Positions 35,671 through 48,736 of a stretch of DNA of 64,000 bases are shown one piece after another. Location of the stretch: assembly GCF_035594765.1 (NCBI RefSeq), contig NW_026943819.1, forward strand, positions 2,108,001 to 2,172,000, given 5' to 3'. The stretch comes from Anolis carolinensis (lineage: Eukaryota). How positions within the stretch are numbered: position 1 is the first letter of the stretch; each line of letters opens with the position of its first letter. The position numbers were made by a program, and so were the translations under genes. The notes under the pieces are model-generated. The model was not told the origin of the DNA, ran no database searches, and saw only the letters and a program-made list of their open reading frames with translations.

Positions 35671-36107
35671 CTTCAGGGACTTTAGGCTTGAGAAGGTTCA
35701 TACCAGCACCCCACAAAATGCACTTTGTGAAGTTGGACTCGTCTCTCCGATTCATGCTTTTGGCATTGCTCGTCCAGTTGTCCTTGCAGGCCTTGCTGGC
35801 TCGAGGGAGAGTTGCGTATTCCTGACATTTCTAACAGCTGCGCTCCCAATTGTTGGAGACAGGCTGCCTCTAAAGCATGGAAAGATGCCTCTTGGGTGGC
35901 ATGTTGATACGGCATTGGGGTCGTCCTGCCTGCGGTCTTGGCGTTCCACGGCCAGACGGTCTATTTCGGTCCCTGTTTTATCATGTTTTCCTCCTCCTCC
36001 TCCCGGAGGAATCCTCTCCGACGAAAACATTGAAATCTGGCCGCAGCCTTTGGACCGTAGAGGCCAAAACAAGGAGCTCGAGAGGTCCATTCCTCCTTGA
36101 GAAGACC

Positions 36108-36201
36108 ATGTCCGACCGAACCGTCCCTCACGCCCACCCCATGAGCACAGAATACGAGTTCGCCAACCCCAGCAAGATTTACGACCAGAATTTTGCAGAA
36201 G
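36108..36201 (+). CDS. HSPB2: HSPB2 exon 1 (MSDRTVPHAHPMSTEYEFANPSKIYDQNFAE)
   Basis: VPHAHP..EYEFANPS motif; donor G|GTAAGA; 94 nt. Confidence 0.96.
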
Positions 36202-38501
36202 GTAAGATGAGAAAGCTCAATCTGGATAGGTTTCCCTTTTATTCGGAGTAGAGATACCGACGTTTTTGTAGCTCCAATGTTGGGTTCATGTTTCTCATTC
36301 TGGGACATCTATGAGTGATGTAGAGTCGTGAATATCCATCAGACTCTATTATTCACAAATGAGTACAGAATTGTAGAAATATCACGGTGTGTTTGAACGG
36401 AACTTATGGGAGAATCCATTATTGAAACAACGTTGTTTTCCAAACTGATCCAACACTCAGGTCCAAACTTCACGTAAACATCCTGTCTCAGAAAGTTGTG
36501 TAATTTCCATGGCATCATTTTGTTGCCTTTCTAACCCTCTAGACATCACTTTCATGTGACATATTGTTTTTATATGTTTCTTCTGCTGCCTAAATGTTGA
36601 AAACCAACAATTTCCACATTTGGATTCTTTAACAACTGGGTGGCTATGGGTTTTCTGGGCTGTATGGCCATGTTCCAGAAGCATTCTCTCCTGACATTTC
36701 CATAAAAGTCAGATAAAAGAACAAGTTAAAAGCATGCTATAATAAAAACAAATTAAAAGCGGACTATTAGCAGGGTCAGCTAATAGTAAATATCGGTCCA
36801 CTAAGAGGCTCTGGAGAGGGATAGAGGGAGCATTTGCAGTACAGTAGAATCTCACTTATCCAACACTCGCTTATCCAACATTCTGGATTATCCAACGCAT
36901 TTTTGTAGTCAATGTTTTCAATACATCGTGATATTTTGGTGCTAAATTCGTAAATACAGCAATTACTACCTATCATTTCTGCGTATTGAACTACTTTTTC
37001 TGTCAAATTTGTTGTATAACATGATGTTTTGGTGATTAATTTGTAAAATCATAACCTAATTTGATGTTTAATAGGCTTTTCCTTAATGCCTCCTTATTAT
37101 CCAACATATCCAACATTCTTCCGGCCTGTTTATGTTGGATAAATGAGACTCTACTGTATTTCAGTTATAACAGATTGCTCTGGCTACAGGCCCTGCAGGG
37201 TCAGTCATCGTCCGTCTGATGGAAATTGCTGCCGCACAGAACCTGGAGACACTATAGGTTATCGCAGAACAGGAGTCTGAGAGCAGCAGAGAGGTGTAGC
37301 ATCTTTCAGTGCGGCCTGGATGTTTTAAAAGCCAAGGAGTGATGAAATTGATTCTAATATCTCTATAAAACATACACTGGAGGAGCACGTGCTCGATTGT
37401 TTCGGACCCTCTTCTTTGAAAACTACAGCAAATTACCCACTAAACAAGAACAAGATCTCTTCCAAATGCACCCATCGTCTGCTGATCCGGGGCAGTTTGT
37501 GGGCGTAGTTGGCAGGGAACGGCTTTGGGGAAATGCTGCCAACTGGGGATTTTTCCTTATTATTTTTGGGAAGCCCAGTTAAGCGACGAAAAGCTGAGCT
37601 GGTGAGTTGTACACAAAGGCCGGCTGGGAAAAGAATGCCGAAAGCAGCAGTAAACAGCACCATCCATGCCCATGAAAAGAGGAGAAGTGGTTGGCACGGC
37701 ATGAAAGGGGCTTTTGTTCTTTGTGCCAGTCGAGCAGCCCCTTGGCGAGCGGCCACGGACAGCTTTCACTTTGCTTACTGGAACCAACATTAAAAGGGGT
37801 CCAATGAAGGCGATGATGTAGGCTCAGAAGAGTGACAGCGGCAACAGTGGGGTATATGGGGGACGGCAAGGCAGGATTAGAAGGGAGAAGAGCATCACCC
37901 GAAACCATCATCAGAAGGAGCTTGGGAAAGGCGTTTCTTGTTTTGGAGTAAAGACAAGAGCGTCTCCTTCAGTTGAAGATCTCAGAGCCCGCCAACAACT
38001 CACCAATGAAAAGTGGGACCGATGTGGGGCAAAGCAGCATCAAGCTTCGTTCCAAAGGGCTGAGCAATAACAAGTCCAAACTTCATCAACGCGCAAAGTC
38101 TTAATACGGAAATCAGATAAGGATTGCCACATAGGTATTAGATATTGATCATATGTACTCGGTCTTTGCGGAGCTCTATAACGTATTGATTCTCAAAATA
38201 ATCTCCAGCTTTCTCAACCAGCGTTCTGAGTAGGTTGGATTTAACACAGTGGTGGGACTTGGTAGATCTTTTGGTTAATGTTTGTTATCTGCTTGCCTTG
38301 CAGAGCAATTTCAAGGCTCATCCTGGCTTTGTGTCTCANNNNNNNNNNNNNNNNNNNNNNNNNNNNNNNNNNNNNNNNNNNNNNNNNNNNNNNNNNNNNN
38401 NNNNNNNNNNNNNNNNNNNNNNNNNNNNNNNNNNNNNNNNNNNNNNNNNNNNNNNNNNNNNNNNNNNNNNNNNNNNNNNNNNNNNNNNNNNNNNNNNNNN
38501 N

Positions 38502-39000
38502 TCTTTTGATGTCCTCCTCCTCCATCTCCATCTTCCTCTTCCTTCTCCTCCATCTTCATCTCCATCTCCTTCTCCTCCATCTCCCTCCATATCCATCTCC
38601 ATGTCCATCTCTCTCCATCTCCATCTTCCTGCTCCTCTTCTATCTTCATCTCCACCTCCATCTCCTCCTCTTCCAACTCCATCTTCCTCTTCTTCTTCCA
38701 TCTTCATCTCCATCTCCTCCTTCTCCATCTCCCTCCAGATCCATCTCCATCTTCAACTCCATGTCCATCTCCTCTATCTCTCTCCATCTCAATCTTCCTT
38801 CTCTTCCATCTTCATCTCCACCTCCATCTCCACTTCCATCTCCTCCTCTTCCATCTCCAACTCCATCTTCCTCCTCTTCTTCCATCTTCATCTCCATCTC
38901 CTCCTCCATCATCTCCATCTCCATCTTCATCATCTCCTCTTCCTTCTTTCTCCTTCGCCTCCTCCTTCATCTTCCTCTTTCTCCCCACTTTCCTCTCTTG
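38502..39000. repeat. Pyrimidine-rich (CATCTC/CTT/CCT)n low-complexity tract in the HSPB2 intron
   Basis: Direct inspection; follows the N gap 38339-38501. Confidence 0.9.
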
Positions 39001-39044
39001 ATCGAGACCCAAAGATTAACCTTCCCTTCCTTCCCTTTCTCCAG

Positions 39045-39490
39045 GCATTTCTGCAGGTGACATCCTGGCCCCCACCTTGTACCACGGCTACTACATCCGC
39101 CCCCGGATTAATAAGCAGCTGGACCGGGGCATCTCGGAGGTCAGCCTCAATGACCACAAGTTCCAGGTCTTCCTTGACGTCTGCCACTTCACGCCAGATG
39201 AGGTGGCTGTCCGCACTGTGGACAACCTCCTGGAGGTGACAGCTCAGCACCCGCAGAAGGCCGACCGCCATGGCTTCGTCTCCCGCGAGTTCAGCCGCAC
39301 CTACATCCTCCCTTTGGACGTCAACCCACTCATGGTGAAGGCCACCTTGAGCCATGACGGCATCCTGTGCATCGAGGCCCTGCGGACGGGGAAGGAGGTG
39401 AAGGCCAGGGTCAACGAGGTGAAGATCACACAACAAGAACCTCCGCCGGAGAAGAAAGGGAGCACCGAGGAGGAAGAGAAGCAGGACTAA
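39045..39490 (+). CDS. HSPB2: HSPB2 exon 2 (GISAGDILAPTLYHGYYIRPR...HGFVSREF...LSHDGIL...EEEEKQD*)
   Basis: PTLYHGYY motif and alpha-crystallin domain; CAG acceptor at 39042-39044; phase consistent. Confidence 0.96.
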
Positions 39491-41109
39491 GTCTTCTTGA
39501 GGTGCACCAAGAGCTTGGGATTGCATTGACCTCTCAATGAGAACTTGGTGCAGCTACATTGGGCAAACTTGGGCCCTCCAGGTGTTTTGGACTCCAACTC
39601 CCACCATTCCTAACAGCCGGTAGGCTGTTAGGAATGGTGGGAGTTGGAGTCCAAAACACCTGGAGGGCCCAAGTTTGCCCATGCCTGCATAAGCATCTCT
39701 GGCAAACTACTACTCCCGGTGGTCAAAGTGTTGGAGACTAGCCTGGAAGGGAAGTAAACATGTGTAACAAAGAATTTATATCTCAGCTTATCTAAAATTG
39801 ACCAATGGCTGAGGATCTTCCTCACCTTCCACAACTACAAATGATACCTGTGACCTCACTTGTTGATTTCAAGCTAACTTTTGGTCTTGGAACTTTCTGG
39901 AGAAAGGCACCAGCTCACAGGAAGGGAGGGGCATATGTAGAGTCAAAGTTACATAGGCAATAGTTGAATATTTACATAAAGCTCAAATTTAAGATAAGAC
40001 TGTCCAATTCTGATCAAATCATTATTCTCATCTTCTTCGATGTGAATGTGCTTATGTATCCTTTTAATAATAATAGAGTAAAATAATGCATGTAATAATA
40101 ATAATAATAAATACAGGAAAATAATACAAGTACAGTTGAGTCTCACTTATCCAACTGCTGATGCCTCACCAAACAACAAATCCCAGGATTGCATAGCATT
40201 GAGCCGTATATACTTGAGTATATGCCGACCCGAATATAGGCCAAGGCACCTAATTTTACCACAAAAAAACTGGGAAAACATTGACTCCAGTATAAGCCGA
40301 GGCTGGTAAATTTCAGAAATAAAAATAGATACCAATAAAATTACATACAATAAATACAGGAAAATAATACATGTAATAATAAAATAAAATAATAAATGCA
40401 TTAATAATAATAATAAAATCAGTGAAATAATAAATGCATTAATAATAACAAAAATAGAGTAAAATAAATAATAGCAACAATAATAGAGAAAAATAATAAA
40501 TGTAATAATACCAATAATAATAGAGAGAAATAATAAATGTACCATATATTCTCGAGTATAAGCTGTCCCAAATATAAGCCGACCAGGACCCTCACCCGAG
40601 TATAAGCAAAGGGGGGCTTTTTCAGTCTTAAAAAAGGGCTGAAAAACTAGGCTTATACTCGAGTATATACAGCATGTCCTAACTCTGGTTTGGGGTCCTA
40701 CAAACCTATATTGTCATTTTATTACAGTTCAAGTATCAAGGTGTCCTGCAAGGAATCATTACAGTATGATTAAATATTTTCTTTTGGATCTCCCCAACTT
40801 TCTGTCTTAAAACTACAATTCCCAAGACCTCAATGGAAGAAGAGAAGGCTGCTAACCGATTGTCTTTTATAATAGGAACAAACCCACAACGAATGCACTA
40901 AGACATCCCTTCTGCTAACCACAAGTATTAAAAATGCTGTTCTGTCATCAATGGTCTTCCTTTTGCTCTCTTCCTGTGCGCATGATAAAGCACATGGGAT
41001 GTGTGGTTCCTTTTGATATGTGGTTGCGCTCAATTGCTAAAATGACACAGTTGGAATTCGTGGCATGCAATATTTGTAAACAGTTATTATTATTATTATT
41101 ATTATTATT

Positions 41110-41687
41110 ATTTTATTGTATGACACAGCAAACAAGATAGATATGCTGGATTTCATATCACAAAATCACAAGTCGAACACTTCCCAAGTGTCTAGGACTG
41201 TGTGATGTATTTTCGGATTATTATTATTATTATTATTATTGACACAACAACGTTGTATGACACAGCAAACAAGATAGATATGCTGGATTTCATATCACAA
41301 AATCACAAGTCGAACTCTTCCCAAGTGTCTAGGACTGTGTGATGTGTTTTTGGATGAAAATACATTATTATTATTATTATTATTATATTATATTATTATT
41401 ATTATTATTATTATTTACACAACAATGTTGTATGACACAGCAAACAAGATAGATATGCTGGATTTCGTATCACAAAATCACAAGTCGAACACTTCCCAAG
41501 TGTCTAGGACTGTGTGATGTATTTTCGGATGAAAATACATTATTATTATTATTATTATTATTATTGACACAACGACATTGTATGACACAGCAAACAAGAT
41601 AGATATGCTGGATTTCGTATCACAAAATCACAAGTCGAACACTTCCCAAGTGTCTAGGACTGTGTGATGTATTTTCGGATGAAAATA

Positions 41688-41730
<43 letters not shown>

Positions 41731-41980
41731 GACACAACGACATTGTATGACACAGCAAACAAGATAGATATGCTGGATTTCGTATCACAAAATCACAAGT
41801 CGAACACTTCCCAAGTGTCTAGGACTGTGTGATGTATTTTTGGATGAAAATACATTATTATTATTATTATTGACACAACGACATTGTATGACACAGCAAA
41901 CAAGATAGATATGCTGGATTTCGTATCACAAAATCACAAATCGAAACACTTCCCAAGTGTTTAGGACTGTGTGATATATT
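41110..41980 (-). mobile_element. Six tandem R4-clade 3'-end fragments separated by (TTA)n
   Basis: Repeated GACACAGCAAACAAGATAGATATGCTGG...GTCTAGGACTGTGTGATG units. Confidence 0.8.
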
Positions 41981-42051
41981 ATTATTATTATTATTAACAA
42001 CAACAACAATAACAAAAATAAATCAGCATTTTGGGGCATCTCATTCAGATC

Positions 42052-43360
42052 TGGAGCCCTCGGTGGTGCAATGGGTTAAACTGCTGAGCTGCTGAATTTG
42101 CACACTGAAAGGTTGACAGTTCAAATCTGGGGAGTGGGGTGAGCTCCCGCTGTTAGCCCCAGCTTCTGCCAACCTAGCAATTCGAAAACATGGACATGTG
42201 AGTAGATCAACAGTAGATCAATAATACACAATTATAGTTGTGTATTTATATTACATGTAATATTACTAATAATATTACAATATAGTGTTATAGTACAATA
42301 TAGTAATTTATAATGCTTCTATTGTGCTATGTTAATAATATAATATATTGTAGATAGAAACACATAACTTGTAAGCCGCCCTGAGTCCCCTTCAGGGTGA
42401 GAAGGGCGGGATATAAATGTTGCTAATAAACAAACAAACAAATAAATAAATAATCAATAGGTACTGCTCTGACAGGAAGGTAATGGCGCTCCATGCAGTC
42501 ATGCCTATGGCCACATGACCTTGGAGGTGTCTACGGACAATGCCAGCTCTTCGGCTCAGAAATGGAGATGAGCACCAACCCCCAGAGTGTGAGTAGAGTA
42601 ATAGGTACTGCTCCGGCGGGAAGGTAACAGTGCTCCATGCAGTCATGCCTATGGCCACATGACCTTGGAGGTGTCTACGGACAATGCCAGCTCTTCGGCT
42701 CAGAAATGGAGATGAGCACCAACCCCCAGAGTGTGAGTAGAGTAATAGGTACTGCTCCGGCGGGAAGGTAACAGTGCTCCATGCAGTCATGCCTATGGCC
42801 ACATGACCTTAGAGGTGTCTATGGATAACGCCGGCTCTTTGGCTCAGAAATGGAGATGAGCACCAACCCCCAGAGTGTGAGTAGATCAATAGGTACTGCT
42901 CCGGCGGGAAGGTAACGGCGCTCCATGCAGTCATGCCAGTGGCCACATGACCTTAGAGGTGTCTATGGATAACGCCGGCTCTTCGGCTCAGAAACGGAGA
43001 TGAGCACCAACCCCCAGAGTGTGAGTAGATCAATAGGTACTGCTCCGGCAGGAAGGTAACAGGGCTCCATGCAGTCATGCCAGTGGCCACATGACCTTGG
43101 AGGTGTCTATGGATAATGCCGGCTCTTCAGCTCAGAAACGGAGATGAACACCAACCCCCAAAGTGTGAGTAGAGTAATAGGTACTGCTCCGGCGGGAAGG
43201 TAACGGCACTCCATGCACTCATGCCTATGGCCACATGACCTTAGAGGTGTCTATGGAAAACGCCGGCTCTTCAGCTTAGAAATGGAGATGAGCACCAACC
43301 CCCAGAGTCGGTCATGACTAGACTTAACGTCAGGGATTTACACAACAGGGAAACCTTTCC
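42052..43360 (+). mobile_element. Sauria SINE with six 144-bp tandem units, interrupted at ~42210-42450
   Basis: Period 144 (AATAGGTAC at 42456, 42600, 42744, 42888, 43032, 43176). Confidence 0.85.
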
Positions 43361-43843
43361 AATCCAATGAGATTAAGTCATGGAGGCATCTCTTACAATA
43401 AGGAGCACCCAGCACACAAATTGGGCTTGTTTTCCCATTGCCAGTAGTGACCGATGCCTAACCTTTGGGCCGCTCCTTTTGGTCTCATTTTGACCGCCAT
43501 GGCTGTCGCAATGGTCACGAGACGGGCAAGAGGGCAAAGACCGAGAATAACTCTGACGTTTCGCAAGACTTCACATCCTGGCAGCCGAGAAGAGGGCGAA
43601 AGCATCCTTCCGCTTGGACGGGCTGCACGACTCGCCCGTAGATTTGCCTTTGGTCGTGTGTTTTGCAAATAAGGCAGATGGAAAAACCACAACTAAAAAA
43701 GTCAGCCCTGTCCACAGAACCCGCGTTGTTAAAAACGAAACGAAATCTCGAGGTCTGGAGGCTGGCAATATTGGAAGTGGCCTTGGGGAAATGGCATTTA
43801 TTTCATTTAGGAAGTTTGCCGGCGCTATTGATGTCGGTTTCCA

Positions 43844-43904
<61 letters not shown>

Positions 43905-43905
<1 letters not shown>

Positions 43906-44753
43906 TCACGATCTGACAACTGCAAAAGGCCACCCTACTGGGATCTGCACGCATCATCCGAAAATACATCACACAGTCCTAGACACTTGGGAAGTGTTCG
44001 ACTTGTGATTTTGTGATATGAAATCCAGCATATCTATCTTGTTTGCTGTGTCATAATAAAATAATAATAATAAGAAGAAGAATATATATATTCTTCTTCC
44101 TGACTTATCAGAGCTTGCATAATAGTGTGCCATTATTTTAAAAAGTACTAAATGTATGTGTGTATTTTTTTTAAAAAAATTGCTAGTAATATTTGTCTTT
44201 GCATTTATTTTCCTGGCTGTTGCATGCCTATGTGTTTTGTTTTTTTTTTTGCCTCCACTAAAACAATAATTGGAATATATAGTCTTTATTTTTTACTCGG
44301 AATTTTCTCCTGTCATTTCTTATTTTTTTTTCTTTCAGTATTGATTCAACAAAGAATTGGCACTTGATGAGCCAATTACAATTACAAAGTTTTTTGCAAA
44401 GTGATACGTTGTGCGTCTATTTTAAAGGTTTAAATCATTGTTTTGTTATGTATTTTAACCTTGTAATTTGTGTTGTGTTTTTATGTGTATGTCAACTGTT
44501 GTTTTAGAGCTTTGTCCCCATGTAAGCCACCCTGAATCCCTTCGGGGAGATAGATGCAAGGTATAAGAAATAAATTTTATTATTATTATTATTATTATTT
44601 TATTATGACACAGCAAACAAGATAGATATGCTGGATTTCATATCACAAAATCACAAGTCGAACACTTCCCAAGTGTCTAGGACTGTGTGATGTATTTTCA
44701 GATGATGCACGCAGATCCCAGCAGGGTGGCCTTTTGCAGTTGGCAGATCGTGA

Positions 44754-44755
<2 letters not shown>
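43905..44755. mobile_element. Two oppositely oriented R4-clade 3' ends (43905-44070 +, 44590-44755 -)
   Basis: Same 3' sequence as other copies; flanked by (TAA)n. Confidence 0.75.
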
Positions 44756-44813
<58 letters not shown>

Positions 44814-46491
44814 GAATATATATATATACCCATTAATCTTATAAAAGTATTTCCCCCTGAAATATTTGTTAATCTCTGCTACAGATATATAAGCATTTCC
44901 CCCTGCAAGCCTTTGCAATCCCTATGTACCTTTATATTTCTGCCTATCTATCTATCTACATTAATTTTATATATGAATTTCCCCCTCATATGTTTGCAGG
45001 TCTTTGCAAATCCTATACAGATATAATTATCTATATATAGAGAGAGATGTCTAGATAAATATATATGAATATAGATATATAGGGCTTGTAAAGATTGCAG
45101 GGGAAATCCAAGTGCGCACGCACACACATAGAGATTTCTAGATAGATATAAACATAAATATATAGGGCTTGCAAATATTGCAGGAGGGAATTGCACATAT
45201 ATAGAGAGGGGATTTGCAAACGTTTCAGGGGGAAATGCATATGTGAAATTAGTATATATAACCATAGATCTATATCTAGTTCTGCATTGTTTATGTAGGC
45301 ATTGAATGTTTGCCTGTTACTATGTTGGAAACCTGTCTGCATTTTCCACCTTCGGCTTATACGCGAGTAAATAAGTTTCCCCAGTTTTTTGTGGTGAAAT
45401 TAGGTGCCTCAGCTTATATTAGGATCGGCTTATACTTGCACTAACTTTGCACTACCAGTGCCTACAATGGCCTCAAGGATTGCTAGAGCTCAGGGCTCCG
45501 TCTCCTCCGAGAGGGAGGAATCCCAAGGCGAGAGCGGTGCCTTGAAAAGTGTATCATTTCCTCCTCTTGTGTTTCTGATCTAAATGGCACCAATGGACAC
45601 CCATCCCATGGATGTGGGGCTTTGCTTCCGGGCCCATCTCGCCCTGCGCGGAATCGTCCTCGGGCTTTGACCAGCTAAGCACAAAATCTCACACTGCGGC
45701 AATTGTTATGAGCCGAGACCCAGACGCTCTTTTGTGCCCGCAGACGTGTTATGAAAAGGGGAAATGCAGACTGGCAGCCAAGAATTGGACAAATCAGACA
45801 TGTTTGGGGTGCCGTTCTGTTCTCATAGTCAAGAGAGAGAAGAGAGAGGATGTGTGCATTCTGGAGAGTGAGTACATTTGACTCCACTTTCACTGCCGTG
45901 GCATCAGGAGAGCTGTAGTTTTACAAGATCCTTAGCCTTCTTGGCCTTGGCTAGTGTCCCCAAACTACAAATCCCAGGCAGCTAAAGTGGTGTCTGTTGT
46001 GACTCTGATGGGGATTGTGGGATTCAGGTTCCAGGTGTTCAAGATGATGGGATTCAGATTCAAGATGACTCTGATGGGAATTATGGGATTCAGGATCAGA
46101 GTGTCCCTGCTGTGAGAGATGAGGCAGGGAATGGTGTTGATGATACCGAAGCTAGCCAAGTGCAAAGGGAGGATAACTCTCAGTTAGATAGCATGCAGAC
46201 AGAGGCTGCTGCAAACGAGCTGTCTGGCCTTGACGAAATGACATCTCTGGGTCGAGCTGGCCGTTTGGAATTTCAGGTTCGCAGGAGCGTCAGAATAGCA
46301 AACAAGAAAGAGGTCAGAGGCCAAAGAAATGCATTCATGCTATGCAGAGAATATTAAAGGGTGTGCTGAGAGAGAAACCTTTGTCAAAACCAACGTCTCG
46401 TTTGAAGTAAGAAGTAGCTCTTGCTTTCCTGGATTATCTTGCAGTTTTGTGTATTCAAGTTCATGGGACTTTGTCATGCATTAATGGAACC

Positions 46492-47740
46492 TGATGTGTT
46501 GTGCTCCAGAACTTTGTCAGTCTGGATTCGGAAGTCCCACAGTCTCTTTGCGTGCTCATTTTCCAAGACTTTTGCAGGTTTGTGATCCCAACAGTTCTTT
46601 GCTGCTGGGAGGTGGTACTTGAGGCATAAGTTCCAATCAATCATTTGGGCCACATAGTTGTGCCTCTGTTTGTAGTCTGTCTGTGCAATTTTCTTACAGC
46701 AGCTGAGGATATGGTCCATGGTTTCGTCGGTTTCCTTGCACAGTCTGCATTTTGGGTCATCAGCTGATTTTTCGATCTTGGCCTGAATTGCCTTTGTCCT
46801 GATGTCTTGCTCCTGGGCTGCAAGGATCAGGCCTTCTGTCTCCTTCTTCAGGGTCCCATTCGTGAGCCAGAGCCAGGTCTTCTCCTCATCAGCTTTTCCT
46901 TCAATTTTGTCAAGGAACTTTCCATGCAATGTTTTGTTGTTCCAGCTGTCAGCTCTAGTTTGTAGTGCGGTTTTCTTGTACTGGTTTTTTGTCTGCTGTG
47001 CTTTGACTTCAATCAAAGCAGGTTCTTCACTTTGCTTTACATATTCTGCCAGGGCATGTATTATTATTATTATTATTATTATTATTGACACAACGACGTT
47101 GTATGACACAGCAAACAAGATAGATATGCTAGATTTTGTTTCACAAAACCACAAGTCGAACACTTCCCAAATGTCTAGGACTGTGTGATGTATTTTCGGA
47201 TGATGCGTGCAGATCCCAGCAGGGTGGCCTTTTGCAGTTGGCAGATCATAATTTTGTCAATGTCTATTGTTTCCAAATGCCGGCTGAGATCTTTTGGCAC
47301 GGCACCCAGTGTGCCCATCACCACCAGGACCACCTGCACTGGTTTCTGCCAGAGTCTTTGAAGTTCAATCTGAGTTTTTCCTGTTGTTTTTCGTCAATGC
47401 GACTGTCACCTGGGATGGCAATATCAATTATCCAAACCTTGTTCTTTTCCACAACTGTGATGTCTGGTGTGTTGTGTTCCAGAACTTTGTCAGTCTGGAT
47501 TTGGAAGTCCCACAGTATCTTGGCGTGCTCATTTTCCAAGACTTTTGCAGGTTTGTGATCCCACCAGTTCTTTGCTGCTGGCAGGTGGTGCTTGAGGCAT
47601 AAGTTCCAATGGATCATTTGGGCCACACAGTTGTGCCTCTGTTTGTAGTCTGTCTGTGCAATTTTCTTACAGCAGCTGAGGAGATGATCAATGGTTTCGT
47701 CAGCTTCCTTGCACAGTCTGCATTTTGGGTCATCAGCTGA
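46492..47740 (-). mobile_element. Rearranged R4-clade LINE fragments
   Basis: ORFs with CRLCKETDETMDHILSCC and HNTPDITVVEKNKVWIIDIAIPGD; (TAA)n at the junctions. Confidence 0.85.
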
Positions 47741-48334
47741 TTTATAATAATAATAATAATAATAATAATTATATCACCTAGATTATCAAGGCAAATAACC
47801 CACAATATCTGCTTTGAACTGGGTTATCTGAGTCCACACTCCGTGGATTTAATACAGCTGTATGGAAAGGGCTTGAGGAAGGATGCCACAGCCCTAGGGA
47901 AGGGGAGAGGTGTCAAACCGCATTAAGCCGGCAGTGTGGATGGGCTGCCTTTCAGTTCCCTTCGGAGGTGACCCAAATGGAAAGAAAGCGGGAGGAAGAG
48001 GAGGAGGAGGAGGAGGAGGAAGAGCGTCTCCTCCTTGCAAGGCACGCCTCCCTCCCTCCCTCCCTCCCTCCCTCGGAGCTGGCTTTGCGGTTGCCTTCCT
48101 TTCGCAAGGAAAGGGAAGGTGTGTGTTGTTTTCACCGCGACAAATCCGTATTTGTTGCCCAGGTGAGAGGGGGCCCTTCCCTCCCTGCTGGCCAGGGGCA
48201 GGGTGCCCTCCCCCTCCCCCTCCCCCTTGCCTGGAATTGAGAGAGAGAAAGAAGGAGAGAAAGAAAGAGAAAGGAAGAAAGAAAGAAAGAAAGAAGGGAA
48301 GAAACCAGGAAATGCGGCTTCTGCCGGAGAGGCG

Positions 48335-48372
48335 ATGGGCAACCAGTGCGGAGGCGCCTGTGCTGGGAAAGG
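48335..48372 (+). CDS. C11orf52: C11orf52 exon 1 (MGNQCGGACAGKG)
   Basis: MGN...C start like human MGNRVCCGG; donor GG|GTGAGT; GC-rich upstream region. Confidence 0.8.
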
Positions 48373-48736
48373 GTGAGTTTGGGTCTTATTAGGGGAGGAT
48401 CAAGGGGGGGTCTCATGCCCAGACCCCTTGGAGGACCCATGGCAGCTCATTTAGTGCCTCCACCCCATGCCAAGGGGGAGAAGGACCCTTCAAACTCCCT
48501 CAATCCCTCTACTAGGGAGATACTTGTTGGCCACCTTGCAGGAAGGAGAAGCCTCCTTATTCCCTATAGTTTGGAGGAGGGGTCCTCGAACTGTTGGGGG
48601 GCCGGACTAGGATGAAATAGTGAAAAATCAGGATTGTTGTTGTTGTGTGCCTTCAAGTTGTTGTGTGCCTTCAACCCCAAGTCTAAAGTTTATGGCAGAG
48701 GCCAGGTCAATGAGCCTTAGTTTGGGGACCCCTGAT

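Noticed and set aside
38235-39044. Long Ser/Pro/His-rich ORFs
   Set aside because: Low-complexity intronic tract spanning an assembly gap
45995-46490. Possible LTR fragment starting TGTTGTG
   Set aside because: No second terminus, TSD or primer-binding site visible; truncated by R4
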